Origin: an uncultured Gemmatimonadales bacterium
GTDB lineage: Bacteria > Gemmatimonadota > Gemmatimonadetes > Gemmatimonadales > GWC2-71-9
Assembly (NCBI GenBank): GCA_963828735.1
Contig: CAWHFW010000005.1
Span: 128,001 to 192,000 of the forward strand
DNA length: 64,000 nt
Reading direction: 5' to 3'
Below are positions 47,386-56,068 of the stretch, in pieces. Both the position numbers and the translations under genes were made by a program. The notes beneath the pieces are model-generated. The model was not told where the DNA came from, did not search any database, and was given only the letters and a program-made list of their open reading frames with translations. The first letter of the stretch is position 1, and each line of letters begins with the position of its first letter.

Positions 47386-48063
47386 CTAGCGTCCTTTCGC
47401 GAGAGTATCAAGCGGCACCCCGGCATCCCGCGTAGGGGACGGCACCTGGGGCGCGTCGGCGTTCCGGTAGACGTATACGAATCGCTGCACGACGGTGATC
47501 ACGGATGCCGCCGCGAGCAGGGCCACGATGCCCTCGAGCACCAGCGCGTGCGGGCCGGCGCCCACTGCCAGCGAGAACAGCCCGACCAGCAGGATCCGTT
47601 CGGCCCGCTGCGCGATGCCCACCTTGCAGTCGATGCCGAGCCCTTCGGCGCGCGCCCGGGCGTAGCTCACGAGCAGCGAGCTCAGAATGGCGACCATGCA
47701 CGCGATGGCGGCAGGAACCCGGTAGGCGACGTCCGGCGCGGTGAGGAAGAAGGCGCCGATCCCGATGAACGTGGCGCCGTCGCCCACCCGGTCGAGCGTC
47801 GAGTCGTAGAAGGCCCCGAACTTCGTGACCATCGCGCCGCCGCGCGCCACCTGGCCATCCAGCGTGTCCGCGATGCCGCTCACGAGCAGCAGCAATCCCC
47901 CGAGGCGGACGTGGCCGAGCCCAAAGGCCAACGCCGACACGAGCACGAGGCCGGTGCCGATGGTCGTAATCGTGTTCGGCCGCACGCCGGACCGGATCAG
48001 CCACGCCACGAGCGGATTCACCGTCGCGTAGAACGGCCTCTCCAGCGCACCCAGCAGCTTCAC
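47386..48063 (-). CDS. CDP-alcohol phosphatidyltransferase (PgsA/PIP-synthase-like)
   Basis: PNTIT, DTLDGQVAR..GAFYDSTLDR, VSYARARAE, GIAQRAER. Confidence 0.9.
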   Translation of the reverse strand: MKLLGALERPFYATVNPLVAWLIRSGVRPNTITTIGTGLVLVSALAFGLGHVRLGGLLLLVSGIADTLDGQVARGGAMVTKFGAFYDSTLDRVGDGATFIGIGAFFLTAPDVAYRVPAAIACMVAILSSLLVSYARARAEGLGIDCKVGIAQRAERILLVGLFSLAVGAGPHALVLEGIVALLAAASVITVVQRFVYVYRNADAPQVPSPTRDAGVPLDTLAKGR

Positions 48064-48186
48064 GTCGTTGCGTCCCCCGGAGAGCGTGATTCCGGCCGGA
48101 CCCCGGGTGGGCGGCCGGGCGAAAGGATAACCGTGAGAACCGCTTAGGGCAATCGGACGATGGGCGACGATGCAGGTGGGTCGCGA

Positions 48187-49422
48187 TCACTCCGGATAGA
48201 TCAGAAACGGACGCCGCCGATCGACGAACCGGCGGAGTTCCGGCGCCCAGCTCGCGACGATCGAAGCGGGCGGCGCTCCCTCCTCGATCTGCTTCCTGAG
48301 CGTCGGTCCACCGGCCAGCCGATCGAAATGCACGGGAATCCAGGCGAACCGTGCGCCGCTCACGCCATACACGGCCGCGAGCAGGTGAACGGCGGTGGCC
48401 GTGGGATCGTAGCGCTCACGGTCCGTGACCGCGAGCCGGATACCGACGACGGCCGTGTCGGCGTACTTCCCGTCGCCTGGCCCGCTCGGCGTGAAGGTGA
48501 CGCCCTCGAATCGGACGCCGGGGAGTCCGTCACTTCGCACACGCGCGAGCACCGCGGCCGTGTCGAGCCACGGCGCCCCGATCTGCTGGAACGGCGCCTC
48601 GCTGCCCCGCCCCACGCTCAGGTTCGTGCCCTCGAAGAGGCAGAGACCGGGATAGTGGTAGAGCGCCTCGACCGCGCGGAGGTTCGGACTCGGCGGGATG
48701 AAGGGCAGCCCGGTGGCGTCGAGCGGCACCGCGCGCCGCCAGCCGGCGACCGGCACGACGCGGAGATCCGTCGTGAGCCCGAGGTCGGACCGGGCGAGAC
48801 GGGCGAGCTCTCCCAGCGTCATGCCGTAGCGCATCGGCACCGCGAGCTGGCCGACCGGCGTTCGATACGCGGTGTCCAGCACGTTGCCCTGGACCGCGCC
48901 GCCGATCGGGTCCGGACGGTCGAGGACCACCACGGCGACGCCACGGGCAGCGGCCGCGCGCATGACCTCGATGGTCGTGAACAGGTAGGTGTAGTAGCGC
49001 GCGCCGGCATCGGGCAGATCCACCAGCAGAATCTCGAGGCCCGCGAGCATCGTGTCGGTGGGGGCGGACGTTCGGCCGTAAAGACTGTAGATTGGAAGAC
49101 CGGTGGCCGAATCGATGGACGAGGCAACCGCGGCGCCCGGATCGGCCGCGCCTCGAAACCCGTGCTCGGGGCTGAACAGGGCCACGAGCCGCACCCCGGC
49201 CGCCTGTAGTCGCGCCACGTCGCTCACCCCTCGGGCATCCACACCCGCCTGGTTGGTCACGAGACCGATCCGGCGGCCGCGCACGACCGCGAGGCTGTCG
49301 CTCAGCAGGACGTCGATGCCCGGGCGCACCGCTCCGGACGCCGACGCCTGGGCCGCGGGGGCGTGCGTGCCGCAGCCGAGCGACCATCCGCAGAGTCCCA
49401 GCACCACGAGAGATCTGTGCAC
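48187..49422 (-). CDS. namZ: Exo-beta-N-acetylmuramidase NamZ (YbbC/DUF1343) lipoprotein
   Basis: RIGLVTNQ, FSPEHG, SLYG, GARYYTY, LDRP, GMTLGELA, PSPN, EGTNLSVGRG; lipobox LGC. Confidence 0.85.
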   Translation of the reverse strand: MHRSLVVLGLCGWSLGCGTHAPAAQASASGAVRPGIDVLLSDSLAVVRGRRIGLVTNQAGVDARGVSDVARLQAAGVRLVALFSPEHGFRGAADPGAAVASSIDSATGLPIYSLYGRTSAPTDTMLAGLEILLVDLPDAGARYYTYLFTTIEVMRAAAARGVAVVVLDRPDPIGGAVQGNVLDTAYRTPVGQLAVPMRYGMTLGELARLARSDLGLTTDLRVVPVAGWRRAVPLDATGLPFIPPSPNLRAVEALYHYPGLCLFEGTNLSVGRGSEAPFQQIGAPWLDTAAVLARVRSDGLPGVRFEGVTFTPSGPGDGKYADTAVVGIRLAVTDRERYDPTATAVHLLAAVYGVSGARFAWIPVHFDRLAGGPTLRKQIEEGAPPASIVASWAPELRRFVDRRRPFLIYPE

Positions 49423-51162
49423 TCCAAGTACCTCGCCCTGGTAGTGATCCTGCTTGGCGCCTGCGGGCAGCCGTCCGGCGTGGCCACGCCGTCGCCGATT
49501 CCAACGGCGGCGGAGGTCGGTCCCAAGACCGACGTCTCGACGCTGCTTGGCGAGCTGTCGGTGCGCGACAAGATCGCGCAGCTGGTGATCCCGTGGATTC
49601 CCGGCACCTACGCCGCCTACGACGACGGCGGGTTCGAGCGCGCCGAAGCCTGGGTGGACTCGCTGCACATCGGCGGCGTCATCGTCTCGATCGGCTCGCC
49701 GCTCGACGTGGCGGCCAAGCTCAATCGGCTTCAGCAGCGCTCCGCGTTGCCGCTGCTCGTCGCCTCCGACTTCGAGGGTGGCACCAGCCTTCGTCTCAAC
49801 GGCGGCACGCTCTTCCCTCCCAATATGGGCGTGGGCGCCACCGGGAGCGACAGCGCGGCGTACGACATCGGCCGGATCACGGCGCTCGAGGGCCGCGCGG
49901 TGGGAGTGCACCTCGCCTTCGCGCCGGTGGCGGACGTCAACAACAATCCGGCGAACCCGATCATCAATACGCGCGCCTTCGGCGAGGATCCGGTCCAGGT
50001 CGGCCGCATGGTCGCGGCGGAGGTGCGCGGCCTGCAGGACTTCGGCATGCTCGCGACGGCCAAGCACTTCCCCGGGCACGGCGACACCGGCACCGACTCG
50101 CATCTCGCCCTGCCCGTGATCTTCTCGTCGTGGGCGCGGCTCGACTCGGTCGAGCTGGTGCCGTTCCGGGCGGCCATCGCGGCGGGCGTGGACGTCGTGA
50201 TGTCGGCGCACATCGCGCTCCCGGGCCTCGACTCCGGCCTGGTGCGCCCTGGCACGGTGGCCCCCAACATCCTGACGGGCCTCTTGCGCGACTCGCTCGG
50301 CTTCCGGGGCATGATCGTGACCGACGCCCTCAACATGGCCGGCGTCGCCGATGCCTACGGGGCGGAGGCGGGGGTCCGCGCCTTCCTCGCGGGCGCCGAC
50401 CTGCTGCTGCAGCCCGCCGACCCGCGCGCCGCCATCGACGCGATGGAGCGGGCCGTAGCCCGCGGTGAGATCACGTCCGAGCGGCTCGACCGGTCGGTCC
50501 GGAAGCTCCTCGAGGCCAAGCGCGGCCTTGGCCTCTTCGTCCGGCGCACCGTGCCGCTCGACAGCATCCCCGCGGTCGTGGGCAGCGCGGCGTTCCAGGC
50601 GGACGCGGCGGCCATTGCCGCGCGCTCGATCGTGATGGTCAAGGATTCGGCCGGCGTCATCTACGGCCTTCGCGGCGCGCGGCCGCCCCTGACGCTCGTG
50701 ACCTACGCGGAGGAGGAGAACCGCACGGTCGGGTCGGCGCTCGCGGCCGAGCTCCGGGCGCAAGGCTTTCCCGTCTCGGTGGCACGGATCTGGCCCGCCA
50801 GCGGTGCCGCCAGTTACGATTCGGCCGCCGCCGCCCTCGGCCGGACGGCGGTGGCCGTGTTTGCGACGGCCGACCGACCCATCGCGGGACGCGGCACGAT
50901 CGGCTTGCCGGCGGCGCTCACCGATCTCATCGCCAGGACGGCCCGCGCGCGGCCGGCGGTGCTCGTATCGCTCGGCAACCCTTATCTGATCAGCGGCCTG
51001 CCCGAGGTGGGCTCGTACCTGATCGGCTGGCGCTCCAACGCGGTGACCGAGCAGGCTGTGGCTCGCGCGCTCGCCGGAGCGGCGCCGATCACCGGCCGTC
51101 TCCCGATCGCCCTTCCACCCGCCTATGCGCGTGGCTGGGGTCTGCAGCGCCACGTGCCGTAG
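49417..51162 (+). CDS. nagZ: GH3 beta-N-acetylglucosaminidase lipoprotein
   Basis: ASDFEGG, APVADVNNNP, KHFPGHGDTGTDSH, MSAH, TDALNM; lipobox LGAC. Confidence 0.88.
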   Translation: MHSKYLALVVILLGACGQPSGVATPSPIPTAAEVGPKTDVSTLLGELSVRDKIAQLVIPWIPGTYAAYDDGGFERAEAWVDSLHIGGVIVSIGSPLDVAAKLNRLQQRSALPLLVASDFEGGTSLRLNGGTLFPPNMGVGATGSDSAAYDIGRITALEGRAVGVHLAFAPVADVNNNPANPIINTRAFGEDPVQVGRMVAAEVRGLQDFGMLATAKHFPGHGDTGTDSHLALPVIFSSWARLDSVELVPFRAAIAAGVDVVMSAHIALPGLDSGLVRPGTVAPNILTGLLRDSLGFRGMIVTDALNMAGVADAYGAEAGVRAFLAGADLLLQPADPRAAIDAMERAVARGEITSERLDRSVRKLLEAKRGLGLFVRRTVPLDSIPAVVGSAAFQADAAAIAARSIVMVKDSAGVIYGLRGARPPLTLVTYAEEENRTVGSALAAELRAQGFPVSVARIWPASGAASYDSAAAALGRTAVAVFATADRPIAGRGTIGLPAALTDLIARTARARPAVLVSLGNPYLISGLPEVGSYLIGWRSNAVTEQAVARALAGAAPITGRLPIALPPAYARGWGLQRHVP

Positions 51163-51260
51163 CGGTCGCGACGCAGCTTCGAACCGAGCCACCTGGGTGT
51201 CGAGCCGGCACTCGCCGCCCAGGGTGAATCGAGCGGAATCCCTCACACCCGGGACCTCAG

Positions 51261-53060
51261 ATGCATCTCGTCTTCTCCGACTGGCTGATCATCGCGCTCT
51301 ACTTCGTGGTATCCGCTGCGATCGGCCTTGCCTACACGCGGAAGGCCGGCCAGTCGCTGGCGGACTACTTCGTTTCGGGAAGGTCCTTGCCGTGGTGGCT
51401 CGCCGGCACGTCCATGGTGGCCACCACCTTCGCTGCGGACACGCCGCTGGCGGTGGCGGGCCTCGTGGCGAAGTACGGCGTGGCCGGCAACTGGCTCTGG
51501 TGGAACGGCGCGGTGTCGGGCGTGCTGACGGTGTTCTTCTTCTCGCGCCTCTGGCGGCGCGCTGGCGTACTGACCGACGTGGAGTTCGCCGAGCTGCGGT
51601 ACGGCGGGCGACCGGCCGCAGTGCTTCGGGGATTCCGGGCGCTCTATCTCGCGTTGCCCATCAACCTCATCATCATGGGCTGGGTGACGCGCGCCATGGT
51701 CACCATCCTCCAGATCAGCCTCAACATCGATCCGTGGAAGGCCGCGCTCTTTCTCTTCGGAGTGACGGCGGTGTACAGCGTGTTCGCCGGACTGTGGGGC
51801 GTCATCGTCACCGACCTGTTCCAGTTCATCTTCGCCATGGGCGGCTCGATCCTGCTGGCGGTGCTTGCCGTCCGATCGGAAGGCGGCCTCGACGTGCTTA
51901 CGGCCAAGACCGCCGCACACTTCGGCTCGCCCGAGGCCGCGTTCGGCGTGATTCCACCGCTCGACGCCCCGTGGCTCCCGATCACGACCCTGATCGTCTG
52001 GCTCGGCGTCCAGTGGTGGGCGGCATGGTATCCGGGCCAGGAGCCTGGAGGTGGTGGGTACGTCGTGCAGCGAATTCTCTCCGCCAAGGATGAGCGCCAC
52101 GGCCTGCTCGCCACCCTGTGGTTCACGATCGCGCACTATGCACTGCGGCCGTGGCCGTGGATCCTCGTCGGGTTCGTGGGCCTGATCCGGTATCCGGGCC
52201 TCGCCAACCCCGAGGAAGGCTACGTACGGGTGATGGTCGACATCCTTCCGTCGCCCTTCAAGGGCTTGCTGCTAGCCGCCTTCGCCGCGGCGTACATGAG
52301 CACCATCAGCACGCACCTCAATTGGGGAGCGTCCTACCTCGTGAACGATGTCTACATCCGGTTCCTCAAGCCGGACGCGAGCCCTCGGGCCCAGGTGAGG
52401 GCCTCGCGCGCGGCGACGGCGCTGCTCATGGTGTCCTCGCTGATCGTGATGGGATTCCTCGGCAGCGTCGAGCAGGGCTGGAAGCTCCTCATCAGCCTCG
52501 GCGCCGGCACCGGCCTCGTCTTCATTCTCCGCTGGTACTGGTGGCGGGTGAACGCCTGGTCCGAGATCAGCGCGATGGTGGCGTCGTTCGTGACGTCGAT
52601 CGCGCTGACCCGCTTCGGGCACTCCATGGGCGACCCCGGCTCCCGCGACTACGCGTTCACGATGGTGACCACCGTCGGCATCACCACCGCCGTCTGGCTG
52701 GCGGTCACACTGCTGACCTCCCCCGAGGCCGACGAGACGCTGGACCGGTTCTATCGGCGGGTCCGCCCCGGGGGCCCCGGCTGGCGCCGCGTGGCCGAGC
52801 GGCTGGGATACGGGCAGGACCGGATTCCGGGCGGGGCCCTGTCCTGGGTCAACTGGCTGGCGGGGATTGTGGCGGTCTACACGGCGGTATTCGCCGGCGG
52901 TGCATTCGTGACCGGCGAGCCGCGTCGGGGCGTGGTGTACGGCCTGGTGGCGATAGGGGCTTTCTTGTTGATCCAGCGTAACTTGCGTGCTGATGAGGGC
53001 CTGGCGGCCAGCGTTGACACAGCCCTCGACCCCCGGTTACGTTTGGAGCCAGGAGAATGA
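51261..53060 (+). CDS. Sodium:solute symporter family protein
   Basis: DYFVSGRSLPWW, SMVATTFAADTP, QRILSAK, AAYMSTI. Confidence 0.92.
   Translation: MHLVFSDWLIIALYFVVSAAIGLAYTRKAGQSLADYFVSGRSLPWWLAGTSMVATTFAADTPLAVAGLVAKYGVAGNWLWWNGAVSGVLTVFFFSRLWRRAGVLTDVEFAELRYGGRPAAVLRGFRALYLALPINLIIMGWVTRAMVTILQISLNIDPWKAALFLFGVTAVYSVFAGLWGVIVTDLFQFIFAMGGSILLAVLAVRSEGGLDVLTAKTAAHFGSPEAAFGVIPPLDAPWLPITTLIVWLGVQWWAAWYPGQEPGGGGYVVQRILSAKDERHGLLATLWFTIAHYALRPWPWILVGFVGLIRYPGLANPEEGYVRVMVDILPSPFKGLLLAAFAAAYMSTISTHLNWGASYLVNDVYIRFLKPDASPRAQVRASRAATALLMVSSLIVMGFLGSVEQGWKLLISLGAGTGLVFILRWYWWRVNAWSEISAMVASFVTSIALTRFGHSMGDPGSRDYAFTMVTTVGITTAVWLAVTLLTSPEADETLDRFYRRVRPGGPGWRRVAERLGYGQDRIPGGALSWVNWLAGIVAVYTAVFAGGAFVTGEPRRGVVYGLVAIGAFLLIQRNLRADEGLAASVDTALDPRLRLEPGE
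53014..53043 (+). promoter_or_regulatory. Internal promoter candidate for the A-type carrier gene
   Basis: TTGACA-18 nt-TACGTT inside the 3' end of the symporter gene. Confidence 0.5.
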
Positions 53061-53098
53061 CGTCCACCAGCGCCCGTTTTGTACGGAAGGAGCACCGC

Positions 53099-53464
53099 AT
53101 GAGCATCGAACAGCAGGCCCCGGCGGGGGGCTTCGCCATGACCCTCACCGAACGGGCGGCTGAAGAGGTGCAGAAGTTCATCGCCTCGGAGCAGGTCCCG
53201 GTCGAGACTGCGGGCTTGCGGGTGAGCGTGCTGCCGGGCGGCTGCTCGGGATTCAAATACAGCCTCAACATCGAGGAGCGCGCGCTCGACGACGACCTGG
53301 TCCAGGAAGTCAACGGCATCCGCGTCTTCATCGACGGCTTCAGCGCCCAGTATCTGGCCGGCATCACCATCGACTACGTCAGCTCCATGCAGGGCGCGGG
53401 GTTCACCTTCAACAACCCCAATTCGACGGGCGGCTGCGGGTGCGGCAGCAGCTTCACCGCCTGA
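53099..53464 (+). CDS. A-type Fe-S carrier (IscA/ErpA/HesB)
   Basis: GGCSGFKY, FTFNNPN..CGCGSSF; AAGGAG RBS. Confidence 0.93.
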   Translation: MSIEQQAPAGGFAMTLTERAAEEVQKFIASEQVPVETAGLRVSVLPGGCSGFKYSLNIEERALDDDLVQEVNGIRVFIDGFSAQYLAGITIDYVSSMQGAGFTFNNPNSTGGCGCGSSFTA

Positions 53465-53485
53465 GCACGATCCTCCGCTGACATT

Positions 53486-53528
53486 CGGGGCCCACCGCCG
53501 AGAGGCGCGTGGGCCCCGTTTTTCTTTC
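53486..53528 (+). terminator. Intrinsic terminator
   Basis: cggggcccac..gtgggccccg followed by tttttcttt. Confidence 0.8.
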
Positions 53529-53545
53529 CATCCCGTGAGGCCGGC

Positions 53546-55045
53546 CTGCATCGTCTCGACCTGATCGTCGTCGGGCTCTACTTCGTCTTCACGCTCGGCG
53601 TCGGCCTCTGGGTCTCGCGCCACCAGCGGAGTGCGTCGGACTATTTCCTCGGCGCGCGCGACCTGCCGGCGTGGGCCATCCTGCTGTCCATCGTCGCCAC
53701 CGAGACGTCGGCGCTCACGGTCATCTCGGTCCCCGGCATCGGCGCCCGCGGCGACCTGACCTTCCTCCAGCTCACCTTCGGCTACCTGCTCGGCCGGATC
53801 GGCGTGGCCCGCTGGCTCCTGCCCGGCTATTTCCGCGGCGATCAGGAGACGGCCTATGCGCGGCTCGAATCGCGCTTCGGTGTCGGCACGCGGCGGCTCA
53901 CCTCGCTCATCTTCCTTGTCTCGCGCTTCCTCGGCGACGGGGTGCGCGTCTTCGCGAGTGCCATTCCGCTGGCCCTGGTCACGGGCTGGAGCGTGCCGAC
54001 GGCCATTGTCGTGATGGGCGTCGTCACGATGATCTACACCTGGTTCGGCGGCTTCAAGGCCGTCGTCTGGACCGATGTGCTTCAGCTCTCCGTCTATCTG
54101 GCGGGCGGGGTGGGCGCCCTGCTCATCGCGTGGCACCTTGGCGGCGGTGGACACGCCGCGCTGGCGCGGGCCCACGATGCCGGGAAGCTTCGGCTGATCG
54201 ATCTCGAGCCGAGCCTCACGCACACGTACACCTTCCTGAGCGGGATCGTCGGCGGCGCGCTGCTGTCGGCGGCGTCGCACGGGACCGACCATCTCATCGT
54301 GCAGCGCCTCCTCGCCACCCGTTCGCTCCGCGACGCGCGGGTTGCGCTCGTGGGGTCCGGTATCATGGTCGTGTTTCAGTTCACGCTCTTCCTGCTCGTC
54401 GGCTCCGCGATCTGGGCCGCGGGCCTCGCTCCGGCGGAGACGCCGAGCGATCAGCTCTTCCCGGCATTCGTGGTGCAGCACCTGCCGGCCGGCCTCGCGG
54501 GGCTCGTGATCGCCGGCATTCTCGCGGCCGCCATGGGCACGCACAGCTCGGCGATCAACTCGCTGGCCTCGTCGGCGACCCACGATCTCTACGCCTCGTG
54601 GACAGGCCGGCGCGATCCCGCGCACCTCCTCCGCGTCGGGCGCATGATCTCGGCGGGGTGGGCGCTCGGGCTCATCGCGGGGGCCCTGTTCTTTCACGGG
54701 TTGGCCGGCGGTGGACAGACTCCTGTCGTGGTGCTGGCCCTTTCCATCGCGTCGGTGACCTACGGGCCGCTCCTCGGCACCTATGTCCTCGCCGGCCGCT
54801 GGCCCCGGGCCCGCGGGCGTGACGTCGTCGGCGCCGTCGCATTCACGGTCGTCGTGATGCTGGCGGTGATTTTCGCCAAGCGACTGTCCGCGACGCTCGG
54901 CCTCGAATGGTTGGAGCCGGTGGGACGGCTCGCGTGGCCGTGGTACGTGCCGCTGGGCACGCTACTCGCGGTCGGCAGTGGCGTCGTGCTGAGCTATCTT
55001 CCGGGTCGAGATGCCCTCACTTCTGCGAGCGTGAGTCAACCGTGA
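53546..55045 (+). CDS. Sodium:solute symporter family protein (N-terminus extends beyond ORF track; apparent CTG start)
   Basis: In-frame LHRLDLIVVGLYF..DYFLGARDLP..SIVATETSALT; GGFKAVVWTD, VQRLLA. Confidence 0.88.
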   Translation: MHRLDLIVVGLYFVFTLGVGLWVSRHQRSASDYFLGARDLPAWAILLSIVATETSALTVISVPGIGARGDLTFLQLTFGYLLGRIGVARWLLPGYFRGDQETAYARLESRFGVGTRRLTSLIFLVSRFLGDGVRVFASAIPLALVTGWSVPTAIVVMGVVTMIYTWFGGFKAVVWTDVLQLSVYLAGGVGALLIAWHLGGGGHAALARAHDAGKLRLIDLEPSLTHTYTFLSGIVGGALLSAASHGTDHLIVQRLLATRSLRDARVALVGSGIMVVFQFTLFLLVGSAIWAAGLAPAETPSDQLFPAFVVQHLPAGLAGLVIAGILAAAMGTHSSAINSLASSATHDLYASWTGRRDPAHLLRVGRMISAGWALGLIAGALFFHGLAGGGQTPVVVLALSIASVTYGPLLGTYVLAGRWPRARGRDVVGAVAFTVVVMLAVIFAKRLSATLGLEWLEPVGRLAWPWYVPLGTLLAVGSGVVLSYLPGRDALTSASVSQP

Positions 55046-55942
55046 CCCGCATCCTCATCGGCGCCGACGTCGGCGGCAGCAAGACCGCGGTCGGTGTCTC
55101 CGACGGCAGCGGGATCATCGCGCGAGCCGACGGCGCGGGCGCCGCGGTGCGCCCGGGACGCGCGCTGGTGTCCTCGGCGGTCATCGCGGAGGTCGTTCGG
55201 CAGGCGCTCGCCAAGGCAGGACGGCTGAGCGGCGACGTGCTCTACGTCGGCGCGGCCGGCGCGGGTCGCGAGCCGGAGCGCGACGAGCTGCGCAAGGCGC
55301 TTCGCGGCGAGAACCTCGCGACGACCGTGGTGGTGTCCACCGACATCGAGATCGCGCTGGCCGCGGCCTTCGACGAAGGCCCGGGCATCGTGGTGAGCGC
55401 CGGCACTGGCAGCGTGGCGGTGGGACGTGACCGAGCCGGCAAGCACCACCGGATCGGCGGCTACGGCTGGCAGATGGGCGACGAGGGAAGCGGCTATGCC
55501 ATCGGGCGGGCCGCCCTCGGCGCCGTGAGTCGCGCGGCCGACGGTCGGAGCCCGCGCACCGCGTTGAGCGAGCGCGTGCTGTCGGTTTCCCGGAGCGAGA
55601 ACTTCGACGCGCTGGTGCGATGGGCGGCCGGGGCGTCGCCCGCGGAGGTGGCCTCGCTCGCGCCGCACGTGTTCGACGTGGCGGCGCACGGCGACCCGCT
55701 GGCCCAGGGCATTCTCGACTACGCCGCCCGCGAGCTGAGCCAGCTCGCCGTCTGCCTGATTCCGGCGATGGACCTCGAGCCGCCGGTCGGCGTCGCGCTG
55801 ACGGGCGGACTCCTCACCGCGGAGGGACCGCTGCGCCGAAGCGTGCTCGCCCGGATCCGCGAGAGACCCCGGCCTCACGCCGGTCGAGGCCCGGGTGGAC
55901 GCCGTCGAGGGCGCGATTCTGCTGGCGGGGAAGACGAACTAA
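55042..55942 (+). CDS. BadF/BadG/BcrA/BcrD-type amino-sugar (GlcNAc/MurNAc) kinase; frameshift near 55865
   Basis: GADVGGSKT, GAAGA, SAGTGS, GGYGWQMGDEGSG; C-terminus VDAVEGAILLA in another frame. Confidence 0.82.
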
Positions 55943-56068
55943 AGGAGAGGGATGGAGAGCGATTCGAAGACAGCGTGACCCGACAACTTTCCCCGAGCCA
56001 CGCCCGGGCCCCAAGCCCGTTAGGCAGATGCCCGCGTCGCTCGGGACGACCGCCTCACCGCTCGACGA

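Noticed and set aside
53099..53464. HesB-like protein as a second selenoprotein
   Set aside because: All three conserved positions are ordinary Cys codons.
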